From assembly GCA_963718665.1 (NCBI GenBank), contig OY970359.1, positions 544,001 through 608,000 of the forward strand: a stretch of DNA of 64,000 nt. Reading direction: 5' to 3'. Below, one piece after another: positions 10,174 to 19,913 of this stretch. How positions within the stretch are numbered: position 1 is the first letter of the stretch; each line of letters begins with the position of its first letter. Under the pieces are notes generated by a model, which was not told the origin of the DNA, did no database searches, and saw only the letters and a program-made list of their open reading frames with translations. Made by a program: the position numbers and the translations under genes. Source of the DNA: an uncultured Phycisphaerales bacterium (GTDB lineage: Bacteria; Planctomycetota; Phycisphaerae; Sedimentisphaerales; Anaerobacaceae).

Positions 10174-10846
10174 TTCACCACCTTGTTTTTGTATCGCTTC
10201 TTGTTAAACGACTGATTATGCAACCAATCTTTCTAATCGCATCATTGTAATATATCAAAATCTTCCTCGGATTACAATAATCCCGGGTTTCAAGACCTCA
10301 AAGGCAAGATTTATCAGCCGGAGGCGGGGAAATGTTAAGATGGGCAATTTAATCAAACGTTTGTTTGAGAAACTGGACGAACGCTGCCCCCCGCCGTTTT
10401 GATTCTCAAAACGAGACGCGGGGGTCTTCGCTGCGCTACGAAAAAAAAATCCGGTGATTTTCAAATATTTTTTTTATTCCTTGTCCTGCAAGGACTTACT
10501 GATTTTGGGCAAAAAAATCGTGTTTTGTAAGTCCTTAAAATTGCCTAAAATTCACCTTATATATAGAGGCACATAAGTGCACAAGAACACAGGTGCACAA
10601 GGAAAAAGGCAAGAGGCAGCGGAGACCCGCAAGGTAGCAAGCCCCGGGAGGGCAAGTTTCACGCCAAGATAGGCAAGGCACAACTGATATTAAAAATCAA
10701 AAAGTAAAAGGCAAAAAGACAACGCAAAATTCAAAAAGGTAGCGCAGAAGCGCACGCATTTCGGGGCAGCAGTCCCAAGAGAACATTCCGTTTTTTGATT
10801 TATGATTGCCGAAGCGCTTCGCTACGTGTCTGATTTAATAATAACG

Positions 10847-10872
10847 TGGATTCCCGCTTGCGCGGGAATGAC
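10847..10872 (+). repeat. REP-like palindrome (GGATTCCCGC-TTGC-GCGGGAATGAC)
   Basis: Perfect stem; related interrupted copy at ~30336-30391. Confidence 0.6.
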
Positions 10873-10979
10873 AAATTAAAACCCTGCCACTCGCCAAAGG
10901 CGGAGATGGCAGGGCTAACTATGGAAGCTGGGCCCCAGATCGTAGTCTGGGGTCTTCGCAAAGCTACGAGGAGAGGATT

Positions 10980-11588
10980 ATGACTACTATCCAAATCAAA
11001 GTTCCAAACTGGTTAGACCTTGCTTTCGTTTGGCCGGTTTTGCTTTATCGACAATGGAAATACGGCTATTCGTTTCGGAAGATTTTTATAGGCGAAGGGA
11101 GATTCGCGATTGTCGAGCCGACGGATTACTACCGGCTAAATAATTTTCACTGGTGCATAAGCGTAAGCAGGAGAAATATCTATGCCGTTCGGCTCGTGCT
11201 GACAGATAACTGGCAGTTGAAAAAGGTGCGAATGCACAGGGAGATAATGAACGCGCCTGACGGGCTTCTGGTGGACCATAAAAACGGCAAAACCCTTGAT
11301 AACAGAAGATCGAACCTGCGATTAGCTACACATTCTCAGAACATGTGCAACAAGCCAAAAACAAGCACAAAGAGCACGTCGCGGTTCAGAGGGGTTTATT
11401 TGGATAAACGCAAAGGAAGGTGGGTTGCCAAAATCCAAATCAACAGAAAATGTATATGGCTTGGGTATTTCGACAATGAAATCGACGCGGCAAAGGCATA
11501 CGATACGGCGGCGAAAATGTATCACGGGGAATTTGCCCACCTGAACTTCCCGGAACCACAGATTACACAGATTTCACGGATTATTTAA
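10980..11588 (+). CDS. HNH endonuclease with C-terminal AP2 DNA-binding domain
   Basis: MHREIM...VDHKNGKTLDNRRSNLR (HNH); SRFRGV...WVAKI...LGYFDNEIDAAKAYD (AP2); GAGGAG RBS. Confidence 0.92.
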   Translation: MTTIQIKVPNWLDLAFVWPVLLYRQWKYGYSFRKIFIGEGRFAIVEPTDYYRLNNFHWCISVSRRNIYAVRLVLTDNWQLKKVRMHREIMNAPDGLLVDHKNGKTLDNRRSNLRLATHSQNMCNKPKTSTKSTSRFRGVYLDKRKGRWVAKIQINRKCIWLGYFDNEIDAAKAYDTAAKMYHGEFAHLNFPEPQITQISRII

Positions 11589-11695
11589 CCACGGAAGCGG
11601 AAACTTTCAAGATAAAGAAAATAGGGTCAAAAGGCCGAAGAAACTGATATAACCGCGAATTTCTCAGCCGGAGCAGATACGGAAGGAATGAGATT

Positions 11696-12421
11696 ATGGA
11701 AAATCAAACTAAAAACGCAGCCATTGCGGAACAGACCGTGGACAGCAAGCAATGCCAGACGTTCAATCCGAAAGCGACGCTGCTTTTGGACGTGCCGCCA
11801 ACAGAAGCCGGGAAAACCACTGTTGAGCCGATGAAAAAAACGCCATCGAGCACGCCCGAAGAATCTTCTGAAAAATTATTGCAGGGACTTTCGCTGAATA
11901 CGGAGGCCTCGGCAGAAAAAACGCCTCTCGCACAAAGGAGATGGCAGCTTGTATCACTGCTGACGGGAATACTTTTTGTTACGGCTGCCGCGATAGTTGT
12001 GTGGCTGGCTCTGGAGGTAAGCGCAACGAGAACGCAGCAAGGCCGGCTGGAAGTCGAGAACCAGTCGCTGCGGGAGCAGTTGAATCTTGCCGGCTCGCAG
12101 ATAACAGGATTGAAAAATGAGATGGAGGCGCTGCTCAATCGCAACACAGCGCCGGTGACGGGAAACGCGAAATTAAATTCGCATGGCATTACGCCCATCG
12201 CTGCCGCGTCCTCTAAATCGGCTTCGGCTGACACAAGCCGAATAGACGCAATGCGGAAAGGAACATATTCCAAGGGGGCAACAAGAGAGGAGCTTATAGC
12301 GGCAATGGGGGAACCGGACCGCGTTTATAATTCTCGCGGATATGAGCAATTGGTTTACTTCGGCAAAAAACCCGGCCGTTTCTGGTTAACCGGCGGACAC
12401 GTGGCCCAGGTCGGCGGATAA
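11696..12421 (+). CDS. Hypothetical single-pass membrane protein with coiled coil and SmpA/BamE-like C-terminus
   Basis: TM segment LVSLLTGILFVTAAAIVVWLAL; GATREELIAAMGEPD motif. Confidence 0.7.
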   Translation: MENQTKNAAIAEQTVDSKQCQTFNPKATLLLDVPPTEAGKTTVEPMKKTPSSTPEESSEKLLQGLSLNTEASAEKTPLAQRRWQLVSLLTGILFVTAAAIVVWLALEVSATRTQQGRLEVENQSLREQLNLAGSQITGLKNEMEALLNRNTAPVTGNAKLNSHGITPIAAASSKSASADTSRIDAMRKGTYSKGATREELIAAMGEPDRVYNSRGYEQLVYFGKKPGRFWLTGGHVAQVGG

Positions 12422-12453
12422 AAAACAGAAGACGCTCAAGTCATCAGAGGCGA

Positions 12454-13809
12454 TTAGAGGTTATATTCTTTTATTTTACGGTAGAGGGTGCGCTCGCCGA
12501 TACCTAAGAGTTTCGCGGCGGTCTGACGGTTATTGCCCGTTTTGGCAAGCATGTCGATAATCGCCTGTTTTTCTATTTCATTCAGCGGCATATCGCCTGA
12601 GGATTTCGACTGGCCCCCCGTGAGCTGGCGGATGCGATTGATTTCGGGAGGCAAATCCTGAACATCCAGCTTGTTACGGTCGGACATAACAACCATAGTT
12701 CTGATTGTGTTGCGAAGCTGGCGGATATTGCCGGGCCACTCGTAGCCGGCGAAGATATTCATTACAGAGTCAATTATACCAGCAACCTTCGAGCCGGTTT
12801 CACCTGCTGCTTCCTTGAGGAAGAAGTTGGCCAGCAGCGGAATATCCTCGCGGCGTTCGCGTAAAGGCGGAACCGAAACACTGACGCCCTTGATTCTGAA
12901 GTAAAGGTCCTGCCGGAATTTTTTCTCCTCGACTAATCCGGTGAGGTCATGGTTTGTCGCGCTTATGATTCGCACATCGACAACAATCGGCTTATTGCCC
13001 CCGACGGGGACAACAATGCCGTCCTCAATAACACGCAATAATTTCGCCTGCATATTGAGGGGCATATCACCTATTTCATCGAGAAACAGCGTGCCCTTGT
13101 CCGCGATTTCAAAAAGCCCCTTGCGGTCAATAGCAGCGCCGGTAAACGCGCCTTTGACATGGCCGAAGAGTTCGCTTTCGAGAAGTGTCTCGGTGAAGCC
13201 CGCGCAATTTATGGGCACAAATCGCCTGTTCCAGCGGTTCGAATTGTCGTGAATAGCCCTCGCCAGCAATTCTTTGCCTGTTCCGGATTCGCCCTGGATA
13301 AGAACAGCGATATTCGTCGGCGCCACCCTGCGAAGAACCTCAAATATGCTTATCATCCGGGGACTGTTTCCCAAGACGCCCTCGAATCTGAAATCCTCAT
13401 CAGGAGCACGGCTCTGGGCATTGGCGTGTTTTTTGCGGACTATCAGTGAAGCGGCCTGCTCGACGAGCGAACGAAGCTGGTCGATATTAATCGGTTTGAC
13501 CAAGTAATCATAAGCGCCGTGTCTTATCGCGTCTTTGCAGGTTTCGATGGTCGCGTATGCGGTGATGAGGATGACTTCCGTCTGGCTGTTTTTTTTCGCT
13601 TCCTGCAGTATATCAAGGCCGTCGATATCGCCGCCGAGCTTCAAATCGGTAACTACAACGTCGATATCCTGGCTTCGTATGATTTCGAGCGCGTCCCGGC
13701 CCGTATAAACGGGGATTGCCTTATCGCAGCATTTACGCAGCGCCTCAGCCATACCGTCGGCGTGGTCTCTCTCGTCATCAACAACAAGGACAACGGCGTC
13801 TTTAATCAT
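12454..13809 (-). CDS. Sigma-54-dependent response regulator (NtrC/AtoC family)
   Basis: Receiver domain; GESGTGKE; GAFTGA; WPGNIRQL; Fis-type HTH. Confidence 0.95.
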   Translation of the reverse strand: MIKDAVVLVVDDERDHADGMAEALRKCCDKAIPVYTGRDALEIIRSQDIDVVVTDLKLGGDIDGLDILQEAKKNSQTEVILITAYATIETCKDAIRHGAYDYLVKPINIDQLRSLVEQAASLIVRKKHANAQSRAPDEDFRFEGVLGNSPRMISIFEVLRRVAPTNIAVLIQGESGTGKELLARAIHDNSNRWNRRFVPINCAGFTETLLESELFGHVKGAFTGAAIDRKGLFEIADKGTLFLDEIGDMPLNMQAKLLRVIEDGIVVPVGGNKPIVVDVRIISATNHDLTGLVEEKKFRQDLYFRIKGVSVSVPPLRERREDIPLLANFFLKEAAGETGSKVAGIIDSVMNIFAGYEWPGNIRQLRNTIRTMVVMSDRNKLDVQDLPPEINRIRQLTGGQSKSSGDMPLNEIEKQAIIDMLAKTGNNRQTAAKLLGIGERTLYRKIKEYNL

Positions 13810-14576
13810 CGCACGTCCTCCGAAGGGGCGAGCAGCAGCCTGATTGTGAAAGCCGTCCCTTTCCCCGGCTCACTGACGACAGTGATTGTCCCCTTGTGGG
13901 CGTCGATAATTTTTTTAACGGTAGCAAGACCCAGACCTGTGCCGTCGGGCCTTGAGGATTGATACGGCTCGAACAAATGGCTAAGCCGTTCGGCAGGAAT
14001 CCCTTTGCCGGTGTCGCTAATCTGAATTTGGGCGTATTGCCCATCGCTGACCGTCTGCACCATAACTTCGCCTTCGCCGCCGATGGCCTGCTGAGCGTTT
14101 ATAAGCAGGTTGAGAACCGCCTGTTTGAGCATACCGGCGTCTATAAGACAAATCAGCGGTTCTTTATGAAGGCACTTTCGCAAAGTTATTGAATGCACGG
14201 CTGCCTGCGGGAGATAAAAATCGATTATGTCGTCGATGACCGGATTCAGGTCAGCCGCCAAAAGACGCGGCTGTGTGCGGTCCGCGTAACGGAGAAAACT
14301 ATCGAGGATTTGTTCGAGCCGGGACGCTTCCTTATCGATTACGGCCAATTTTCTGCGTGCCCGCGCCAGACGCTGTTCAATATCGCCCGCCGGGCCTGTC
14401 TGGAGCTCTTCATCCACCAGCCGAAGATTCACTTTGATGGTTGACAGAGGGTTTTTTATTTCGTGGGCGATAACGCCAAGCAACCGGCCTAATCCTTCGA
14501 CTTCGCTCAGGGTAAACCCTTCGGTTTTAGCGCCGCAGCTATTAACCGACTCAGATTGTTCAGGTGAATTCTTCAT
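13806..14576 (-). CDS. Histidine kinase (HisKA + HATPase), no sensor domain
   Basis: AHEIKNPL, NLLINA, DTGKGI, GTGLGL boxes; overlaps regulator start. Confidence 0.9.
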   Translation of the reverse strand: MKNSPEQSESVNSCGAKTEGFTLSEVEGLGRLLGVIAHEIKNPLSTIKVNLRLVDEELQTGPAGDIEQRLARARRKLAVIDKEASRLEQILDSFLRYADRTQPRLLAADLNPVIDDIIDFYLPQAAVHSITLRKCLHKEPLICLIDAGMLKQAVLNLLINAQQAIGGEGEVMVQTVSDGQYAQIQISDTGKGIPAERLSHLFEPYQSSRPDGTGLGLATVKKIIDAHKGTITVVSEPGKGTAFTIRLLLAPSEDVR

Positions 14577-14891
14577 GAAACGGTAATTTTAACCGTATCT
14601 CCGCCGCAATTCAAGTAATGAAAACACGGTTTAACCTGCTGCGAAGACGGGTAAATGGCTGATATCCGGCACAAAACAACCGGGGTAAAAATAAAAACGA
14701 GGAAGAACGGCGTTAATCTCGCTTCCGCCGCCCTTCCTCATATGTCTTCGTTTAAGGAGGAGAGTGATGATTTCTTTTTTTCTGATATTTATACGAGGGT
14801 CTGTTTAGATGGTTCGCAAAATCCTAAAAAAATATTAAAAAATTAATCACAAAAACCACAGTTAAAAAACAACTGTTTATATGAACAAGGG

Positions 14892-16094
14892 TCATTTTTT
14901 AATCGTTTTGATTCCGAGGTGGCGGTCGGCAAAGTTAAGAAATTGCTGCCAGTCATAATCGGTCAGATTGTGAGTGCCTTTGCGAATATGATAGCCAATA
15001 GTGACGCCAACGGGGGTTTCGAGGGGAGGCATATCTTCTACCCCGAGGCCTTTTTTGCCAAATAGCTGATAGACCGGCTCGGCGTATTTAGCGGAGAGGA
15101 ACGAGCCGCGAGGGTCACCCCAGAGGTCCTGTTCAGCGGTCGCGATATACACAGGACGAGGAGCCATCAGGGCGACGAGCATGTGCCAGTCAACGGGAAG
15201 GTCATTGACGCGGCTGTTATAGGTTTTGAAATTTTGGCAGAACCAGTGCGGCGCGTAACCATTTATTGATTTTACGGTTTCGCCGAAGCCGCGACGTACG
15301 ATGACCGCCCCGCCGCAGCCGGATTCTCCGGAGAAAACGATTGCAAAGCGTTCATCCTGAGCGCCCGCCCACATTGCTACCTTGCCGTATCGTGAAAGGC
15401 CGGCAACACAAACCCTGTTGGCGTCAATGTCTTTATCGGTAACGATGTAATCCATTGCCCTGCTCAAGCCCCAGGCCCAGGCACCGATAGCGCCCCATTC
15501 GTCGGGGCCGGGCTGGTTCTGGTCGGGTTTGGCAAAATACTTGCGAATACTTTTAATGTAACCATTCTTATCATCCGGCTCTATCTGCGCGGCATTAAAG
15601 GTCGCCAGACCATAGCCGTGGTCCAGAAGCAACTGCTTTTTAGGAGCCCATTCCACAATAGCGATTAATGGAACGGGTTTTTTAGCAGCACTCGCGGGCA
15701 AAACGATATTCACATCCATTTTCGGCCCGCCGGCTTTGCCCGTGAAATATATTGTTACTGTTTTGGTAATGGCGAGACCATTCATATCGGAGCGGTTTTC
15801 CGCAGTAACTTTCCATGTCATACCAGCCGGCCTGCCAATCATCGTGCGGCCATACACATTGGTTTCGAACAATTTGAGGATTTCCGGCCTGCGTTTTTGT
15901 TTCCATGTATCGACGTCATTAACCTTGTCGCCATTGAGCATAACCAGCGGGTCCGGCAGGGTGAACTTAGGGACGTTCCCCTCATCGTATAATCCCGGCG
16001 GGTAACCGGGCGGGAGCGCCGCCGCTAAAACTAAATTAGAGAATAACGCGAAAAGCGAATATACAGCGATTTTTATAAGGAACGACAATTTCAT
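14892..16094 (-). CDS. Glucuronoyl esterase-like (CE15) secreted esterase
   Basis: WAWGLSRAMD, GLSRYGK nucleophile motif; signal peptide; ATG 16094 with GAAAGGAG RBS. Confidence 0.8.
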   Translation of the reverse strand: MKLSFLIKIAVYSLFALFSNLVLAAALPPGYPPGLYDEGNVPKFTLPDPLVMLNGDKVNDVDTWKQKRRPEILKLFETNVYGRTMIGRPAGMTWKVTAENRSDMNGLAITKTVTIYFTGKAGGPKMDVNIVLPASAAKKPVPLIAIVEWAPKKQLLLDHGYGLATFNAAQIEPDDKNGYIKSIRKYFAKPDQNQPGPDEWGAIGAWAWGLSRAMDYIVTDKDIDANRVCVAGLSRYGKVAMWAGAQDERFAIVFSGESGCGGAVIVRRGFGETVKSINGYAPHWFCQNFKTYNSRVNDLPVDWHMLVALMAPRPVYIATAEQDLWGDPRGSFLSAKYAEPVYQLFGKKGLGVEDMPPLETPVGVTIGYHIRKGTHNLTDYDWQQFLNFADRHLGIKTIKK

Positions 16095-16273
16095 AATTCG
16101 ACTCCTTTCAGGCAATGCACCCATGAAGATAAGATTATTTCGCTAATCCTTCAATAGTATTTGTCTTAATTGCTATTTTACCTATGAATAACAGGTCACG
16201 GCAACAAGTAAACTTTAAGTGAGAAAACAAAAGTGGCGAAAATGAACAGCCGAGTATAATATATGGGTATTAT

Positions 16274-16360
16274 GGAGCAGTGGCTGAGCGGCTGAAAGCG
16301 ACGGTCTTGAAAACCGTTATACCGTTTACGGTATCGGGGGTTCGAATCCCTCCTGCTCCG
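16274..16360 (+). tRNA. tRNA-Ser(UGA)
   Basis: GGAGCAG/CTGCTCC acceptor, CTTGAAA loop, long variable arm, GTTCGAATC. Confidence 0.95.
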
Positions 16361-16377
16361 TTACCTTTCTGCCATAT

Positions 16378-16413
16378 CGTCTTGAAGGCATTAAAACCAA
16401 TGCCTTCAAGACG
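16378..16413. repeat. Perfect 15-bp inverted repeat just inside island left end (possible terminator)
   Basis: CGTCTTGAAGGCATT-AAAACC-AATGCCTTCAAGACG. Confidence 0.7.
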
Positions 16414-16550
16414 TTCAAGGCTGTTTGAAAGCACTATTAAGATTTTACAGGAAACAAATCCCCCCAAAGACAATTCAGACACTTAATCTAACCGGTTTGT
16501 GCCTTGGCCTTATAGAATGTTAAAGCTTTTCCCCCGACACTGTGAACTGA

Positions 16551-16697
16551 TTAAGACTTAATGGTCTTGCGTTTAGTCTGCCCCGCTTTCTTGGACATCA
16601 ACTGCAACCAAAGTATCTCCGCGAGTCGTCGGGCCGCCTCTTTTAACATTCGATCCTGGTTGGAATAGATTTGTTTTTCAAGCCGATTATGAGCCAT
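16551..16697 (-). CDS. Small hypothetical protein (48 aa)
   Basis: Manual translation MAHNRLEKQIYSNQDRMLKEAARRLAEILWLQLMSKKAGQTKRKTIKS; below ORF-track cut-off; RBS-like sequence is distant. Confidence 0.35.
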   Translation of the reverse strand: MAHNRLEKQIYSNQDRMLKEAARRLAEILWLQLMSKKAGQTKRKTIKS

Positions 16698-16841
16698 GAC
16701 AATATTTTTCTTGTTTGTTTTCCTTTCAGCTTATCACGCTAGAGATATGTGCCAAGGGGGGAAAATTGACTACTTTAGCAAAAACGCCCTGGGTAGTTTT
16801 TAATATTTATAAACTTTTTATCCACCTATCGAAATAATCTA

Positions 16842-16871
16842 TTGACAAATGCAACTCTGTTGCATTATCAT
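16842..16871 (+). promoter_or_regulatory. Sigma70 promoter with palindromic operator (candidate Zur box)
   Basis: TTGACA 16842, TATCAT 16866; AATGCAAC-TCT-GTTGCATT 16848-16866 between them. Confidence 0.7.
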
Positions 16872-16877
16872 AAAGAC

Positions 16878-17312
16878 ATGAATAGTTTAGAAAATACCTT
16901 ATTGCAATTGAAAAACAAGGGATACAGATTTAGCTTTGTGCGTAATTTTATTTTGAGTTCGCTTGATAGAAACAAGAGACCTCTTTCGGTTTCTAATTTT
17001 CAAAAACTGGCTAAGGCAAAAAAGTTGTCTGCGAACAAGACCACAATATACCGCGAACTCAACTCCCTAAAGAAAGAAGGAATAATTTTAGAGATGCAAC
17101 TAAGAGACAATAAAAGGTGGTACGAATTAGCCGTAAGAGAGCATCACCACCATATTGTCTGTATAAAATGCGATAAAGTGGAAGATTTTACCGGATGTGA
17201 TTCTAAAAAACTAATAAATAAAGCATTAACACAAGCACCCGATTTCGCAGAAATCACAAATCACACGGTTGATTTTTGGGGGTTGTGCAAAACGTGCGCT
17301 AAAAAAACATGA
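16878..17312 (+). CDS. zur: Fur-family regulator, probably Zur
   Basis: TTIYREL, HHHHIVCIKC, CKTC; heads zinc ABC operon; start placed at ATG 16878 because the ORF-track TTG is the -35 box. Confidence 0.85.
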   Translation: MNSLENTLLQLKNKGYRFSFVRNFILSSLDRNKRPLSVSNFQKLAKAKKLSANKTTIYRELNSLKKEGIILEMQLRDNKRWYELAVREHHHHIVCIKCDKVEDFTGCDSKKLINKALTQAPDFAEITNHTVDFWGLCKTCAKKT

Positions 17313-18226
17313 ATAAAAAGGCTATTTATTTTGTTCTCGGTTTTTTGTTTGTGGGAGTTTTAACTCTTATTGTTAATAACATCTATAAACCAACAACCCA
17401 ATCAAACAAACCTCAGGTTACAGCGAGTTTTTATCCTCTTTACTTTTTCTCCCAGCAAATTGCAGGAGATAAGGCAGATGTAATAAACATAACGCCTGCC
17501 GGAGCTGAACCTCACGATTATGAACCAACGGCACAAGACATTGCTCAAATAGAAAATAGCAAAATGCTTGTCTTAAATGGCGGTGGGTTGGAGGCTTGGG
17601 GAAACAATATAAAACAAAATCTTAATCCTAAAAATACTATCGTTGTAACGGCTGGTGAGGGATTAACAAACCAACAGGTAATGGAAAACGGACAAAATAT
17701 AATAGACCCGCATATTTGGCAAAGTCCTCCATTAGCCAAACAAATGGTTGATAAAATTACTCAAGGTTTTATACAAATTGACCCAACCAATAAAGCTTAT
17801 TATCAAGCAAACTCCGATGCATTAAAAGTCCGATTAGATAACTTGGATAAAGAATACAGACGAGGATTAAGCGATTGTTTAGAAAAAAGCATTATTACAT
17901 CTCACGCCGCTTTTGGATATTTGGCTACTACTTACGGCTTAAATCAAGTGTCTATCGCTGGGTTGTCGCCAGACGCCGAACCCTCCCCGCAACAATTAGC
18001 TGATATTGTAAAATTTGCTAAAACCAATAACGTAAAATACATATTTTTTGAAAGTTTGGTAAGCCCAAAATTATCAGATACCATAGCAACCGAAGTAGGA
18101 GCAAAAACTCTTGTGTTAAATCCGATTGAAGGATTGACCAATGAAGAAATATCTCAAGGTAAGAATTATTTTACAGAAATGCAAAACAATTTAGCCAATT
18201 TGAAAATAGCACTACAATGCAAGTAG
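17309..18226 (+). CDS. znuA: Zn/Mn ABC transporter substrate-binding protein
   Basis: EPHDYEP, DPHIW, SHAAFGY motifs. Confidence 0.9.
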   Translation: MNKKAIYFVLGFLFVGVLTLIVNNIYKPTTQSNKPQVTASFYPLYFFSQQIAGDKADVINITPAGAEPHDYEPTAQDIAQIENSKMLVLNGGGLEAWGNNIKQNLNPKNTIVVTAGEGLTNQQVMENGQNIIDPHIWQSPPLAKQMVDKITQGFIQIDPTNKAYYQANSDALKVRLDNLDKEYRRGLSDCLEKSIITSHAAFGYLATTYGLNQVSIAGLSPDAEPSPQQLADIVKFAKTNNVKYIFFESLVSPKLSDTIATEVGAKTLVLNPIEGLTNEEISQGKNYFTEMQNNLANLKIALQCK

Positions 18227-18984
18227 ACCACACAAAAAATATAATTGAGATTAAGGACGTATGTTTCAGTTATGGGAATGAGGAGGTCTTAAAAGCCATT
18301 ACTCTTAATATACATAAGGGCGATTATTTAGGAATAGTCGGCTCTAACGGAGCGGGCAAAACAACGCTTCTTAAGTTAATTTTGGGGCTGTTACCTTTAT
18401 GTTGTGGGTCAGTAAAATTATTCGGGCAAGACATAAAACAATTCAAGGATTGGTCAAGGATTGGTTATGTCCCGCAAAAAGCCACTAATTTTGATGTAAA
18501 TTTTCCTGCTACAGTCAAAGAGGTTGTGGCAATGGCGAGATTTTCAAAAAGAGGATTGCTTCACCGAACTACAAAAGAAGATGAAGAAATAATAGGAAAA
18601 TCTTTGAGGCAGGTTGATATGTGGGACTATAAAAACCGTTTAATAGGCGACTTGTCTGGCGGTCAGCAACAGAGAGTTTTTATTGCTCGGGCTTTGGCAG
18701 GACAACCAGAGGTTATCTTTTTAGATGAACCAACTACTGGCGTTGATAAAAAATACCAAGATGACTTTTATAATATCTTGAGAGGATTAAATAAAGATTT
18801 GGATTTAACATTAGTTCTCGTAACCCACGACATTGAAAGGATAACCAAAGAAGCAATGCACATTGCCTGCGTTGACCATACTTTAGTCTGTCATACTTCG
18901 CCAGAGGAATTCTTAAAAGAAGGCGAATTATTAAACATTTCGGGTCAAAGAGTTAAAATTATTGTTCCTCATCGTCACGCTTAA
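18217..18984 (+). CDS. znuC: Metal ABC transporter ATPase
   Basis: GSNGAGKTT, GYVPQ, LSGGQQQR, LDEPT. Confidence 0.92.
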   Translation: MQVDHTKNIIEIKDVCFSYGNEEVLKAITLNIHKGDYLGIVGSNGAGKTTLLKLILGLLPLCCGSVKLFGQDIKQFKDWSRIGYVPQKATNFDVNFPATVKEVVAMARFSKRGLLHRTTKEDEEIIGKSLRQVDMWDYKNRLIGDLSGGQQQRVFIARALAGQPEVIFLDEPTTGVDKKYQDDFYNILRGLNKDLDLTLVLVTHDIERITKEAMHIACVDHTLVCHTSPEEFLKEGELLNISGQRVKIIVPHRHA

Positions 18985-18989
18985 AATGT

Positions 18990-19790
18990 ATGTATTTAGA
19001 TATTTTTCAATATAGTTTTATTATAAGGGGGGTAGAAGCTGGGATTATAGTCGCCATTATTGCCCCGCTCATTGGTATTTTTTTAGTTTTAAGGCGCTAC
19101 TCCTTAATAGCCGATACACTTGCTCACGTATCACTTGCGGGCATAGCGATAGGGCTTCTATTGGGCATAAACCCTGTTTTAACAGCTCTTGGAACTGCTG
19201 TTGTTGCCTCTCTGGGTATTGAGAAATTGAGGATTTCAAAAAGGGTATACGGCGAGTCTGCTTTGGCTCTTTTTGTATCTGGCAGTTTGGCTTTAGCTGT
19301 TGTTATTTTAAGTTTGGCTCACGGCTTTAACGCCAACCTTTTCAATTATCTGTTCGGGAGCATTGTTACTGTTACGATGAGCGACGTCTATACAATCGCG
19401 ATTCTAGCAATTGTGGTTATAGCAATTCTTCTGTCATTTTATAAAGAGCTTGTTTATGTCACCTTTGACGAAGATGCGGCAAAGGTAAGTGGCATACCAA
19501 CAAAATTGATTAACACGGTTCTTATTATTCTTGCGGCCATAACAGTTTCTTTGTCTATTCCAATCGTGGGGGTTTTACTAATCGCCGCACTAATTGTTGT
19601 TCCGGTAGTTTCTGCTTTGCAGCTAAGAAAAAGTTTTATTAAAACCATTTTATATGCAGAGATTATTTCTCTTTTTTCTGTTATCTCTGGCATATTTGCA
19701 TCTTTTTACTTAAATCTATCTACGGGCGGAACAATAGTTTTAATTATGCTTGCCATATTTATTTCAATTTTTACGGCAAAACGCCTATAA
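18990..19790 (+). CDS. znuB: Metal ABC transporter permease
   Basis: DTLAHVSLAG, YLFGSI, TFDED; multiple TM helices. Confidence 0.92.
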   Translation: MYLDIFQYSFIIRGVEAGIIVAIIAPLIGIFLVLRRYSLIADTLAHVSLAGIAIGLLLGINPVLTALGTAVVASLGIEKLRISKRVYGESALALFVSGSLALAVVILSLAHGFNANLFNYLFGSIVTVTMSDVYTIAILAIVVIAILLSFYKELVYVTFDEDAAKVSGIPTKLINTVLIILAAITVSLSIPIVGVLLIAALIVVPVVSALQLRKSFIKTILYAEIISLFSVISGIFASFYLNLSTGGTIVLIMLAIFISIFTAKRL

Positions 19791-19913
19791 ATCATTTCAC
19801 CGTGAAAAGCAAACGGAATTTTAAAATTAATTACAAATCTTTGAGTGAAAAAATGAATCAGAAAATTCCGTATCAGCCTATCAAAACTTGGCTCGAATCT
19901 AAAGATTTCAAAG

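Noticed and set aside
10200..11600. Group I intron or prophage hosting the HNH-AP2 gene
   Set aside because: No interrupted host gene, no recognisable intron core and no phage genes nearby.
16270..16486. ORFs over tRNA-Ser (and 43244-43635 over tRNA-Pro)
   Set aside because: Shadows of tRNA genes.
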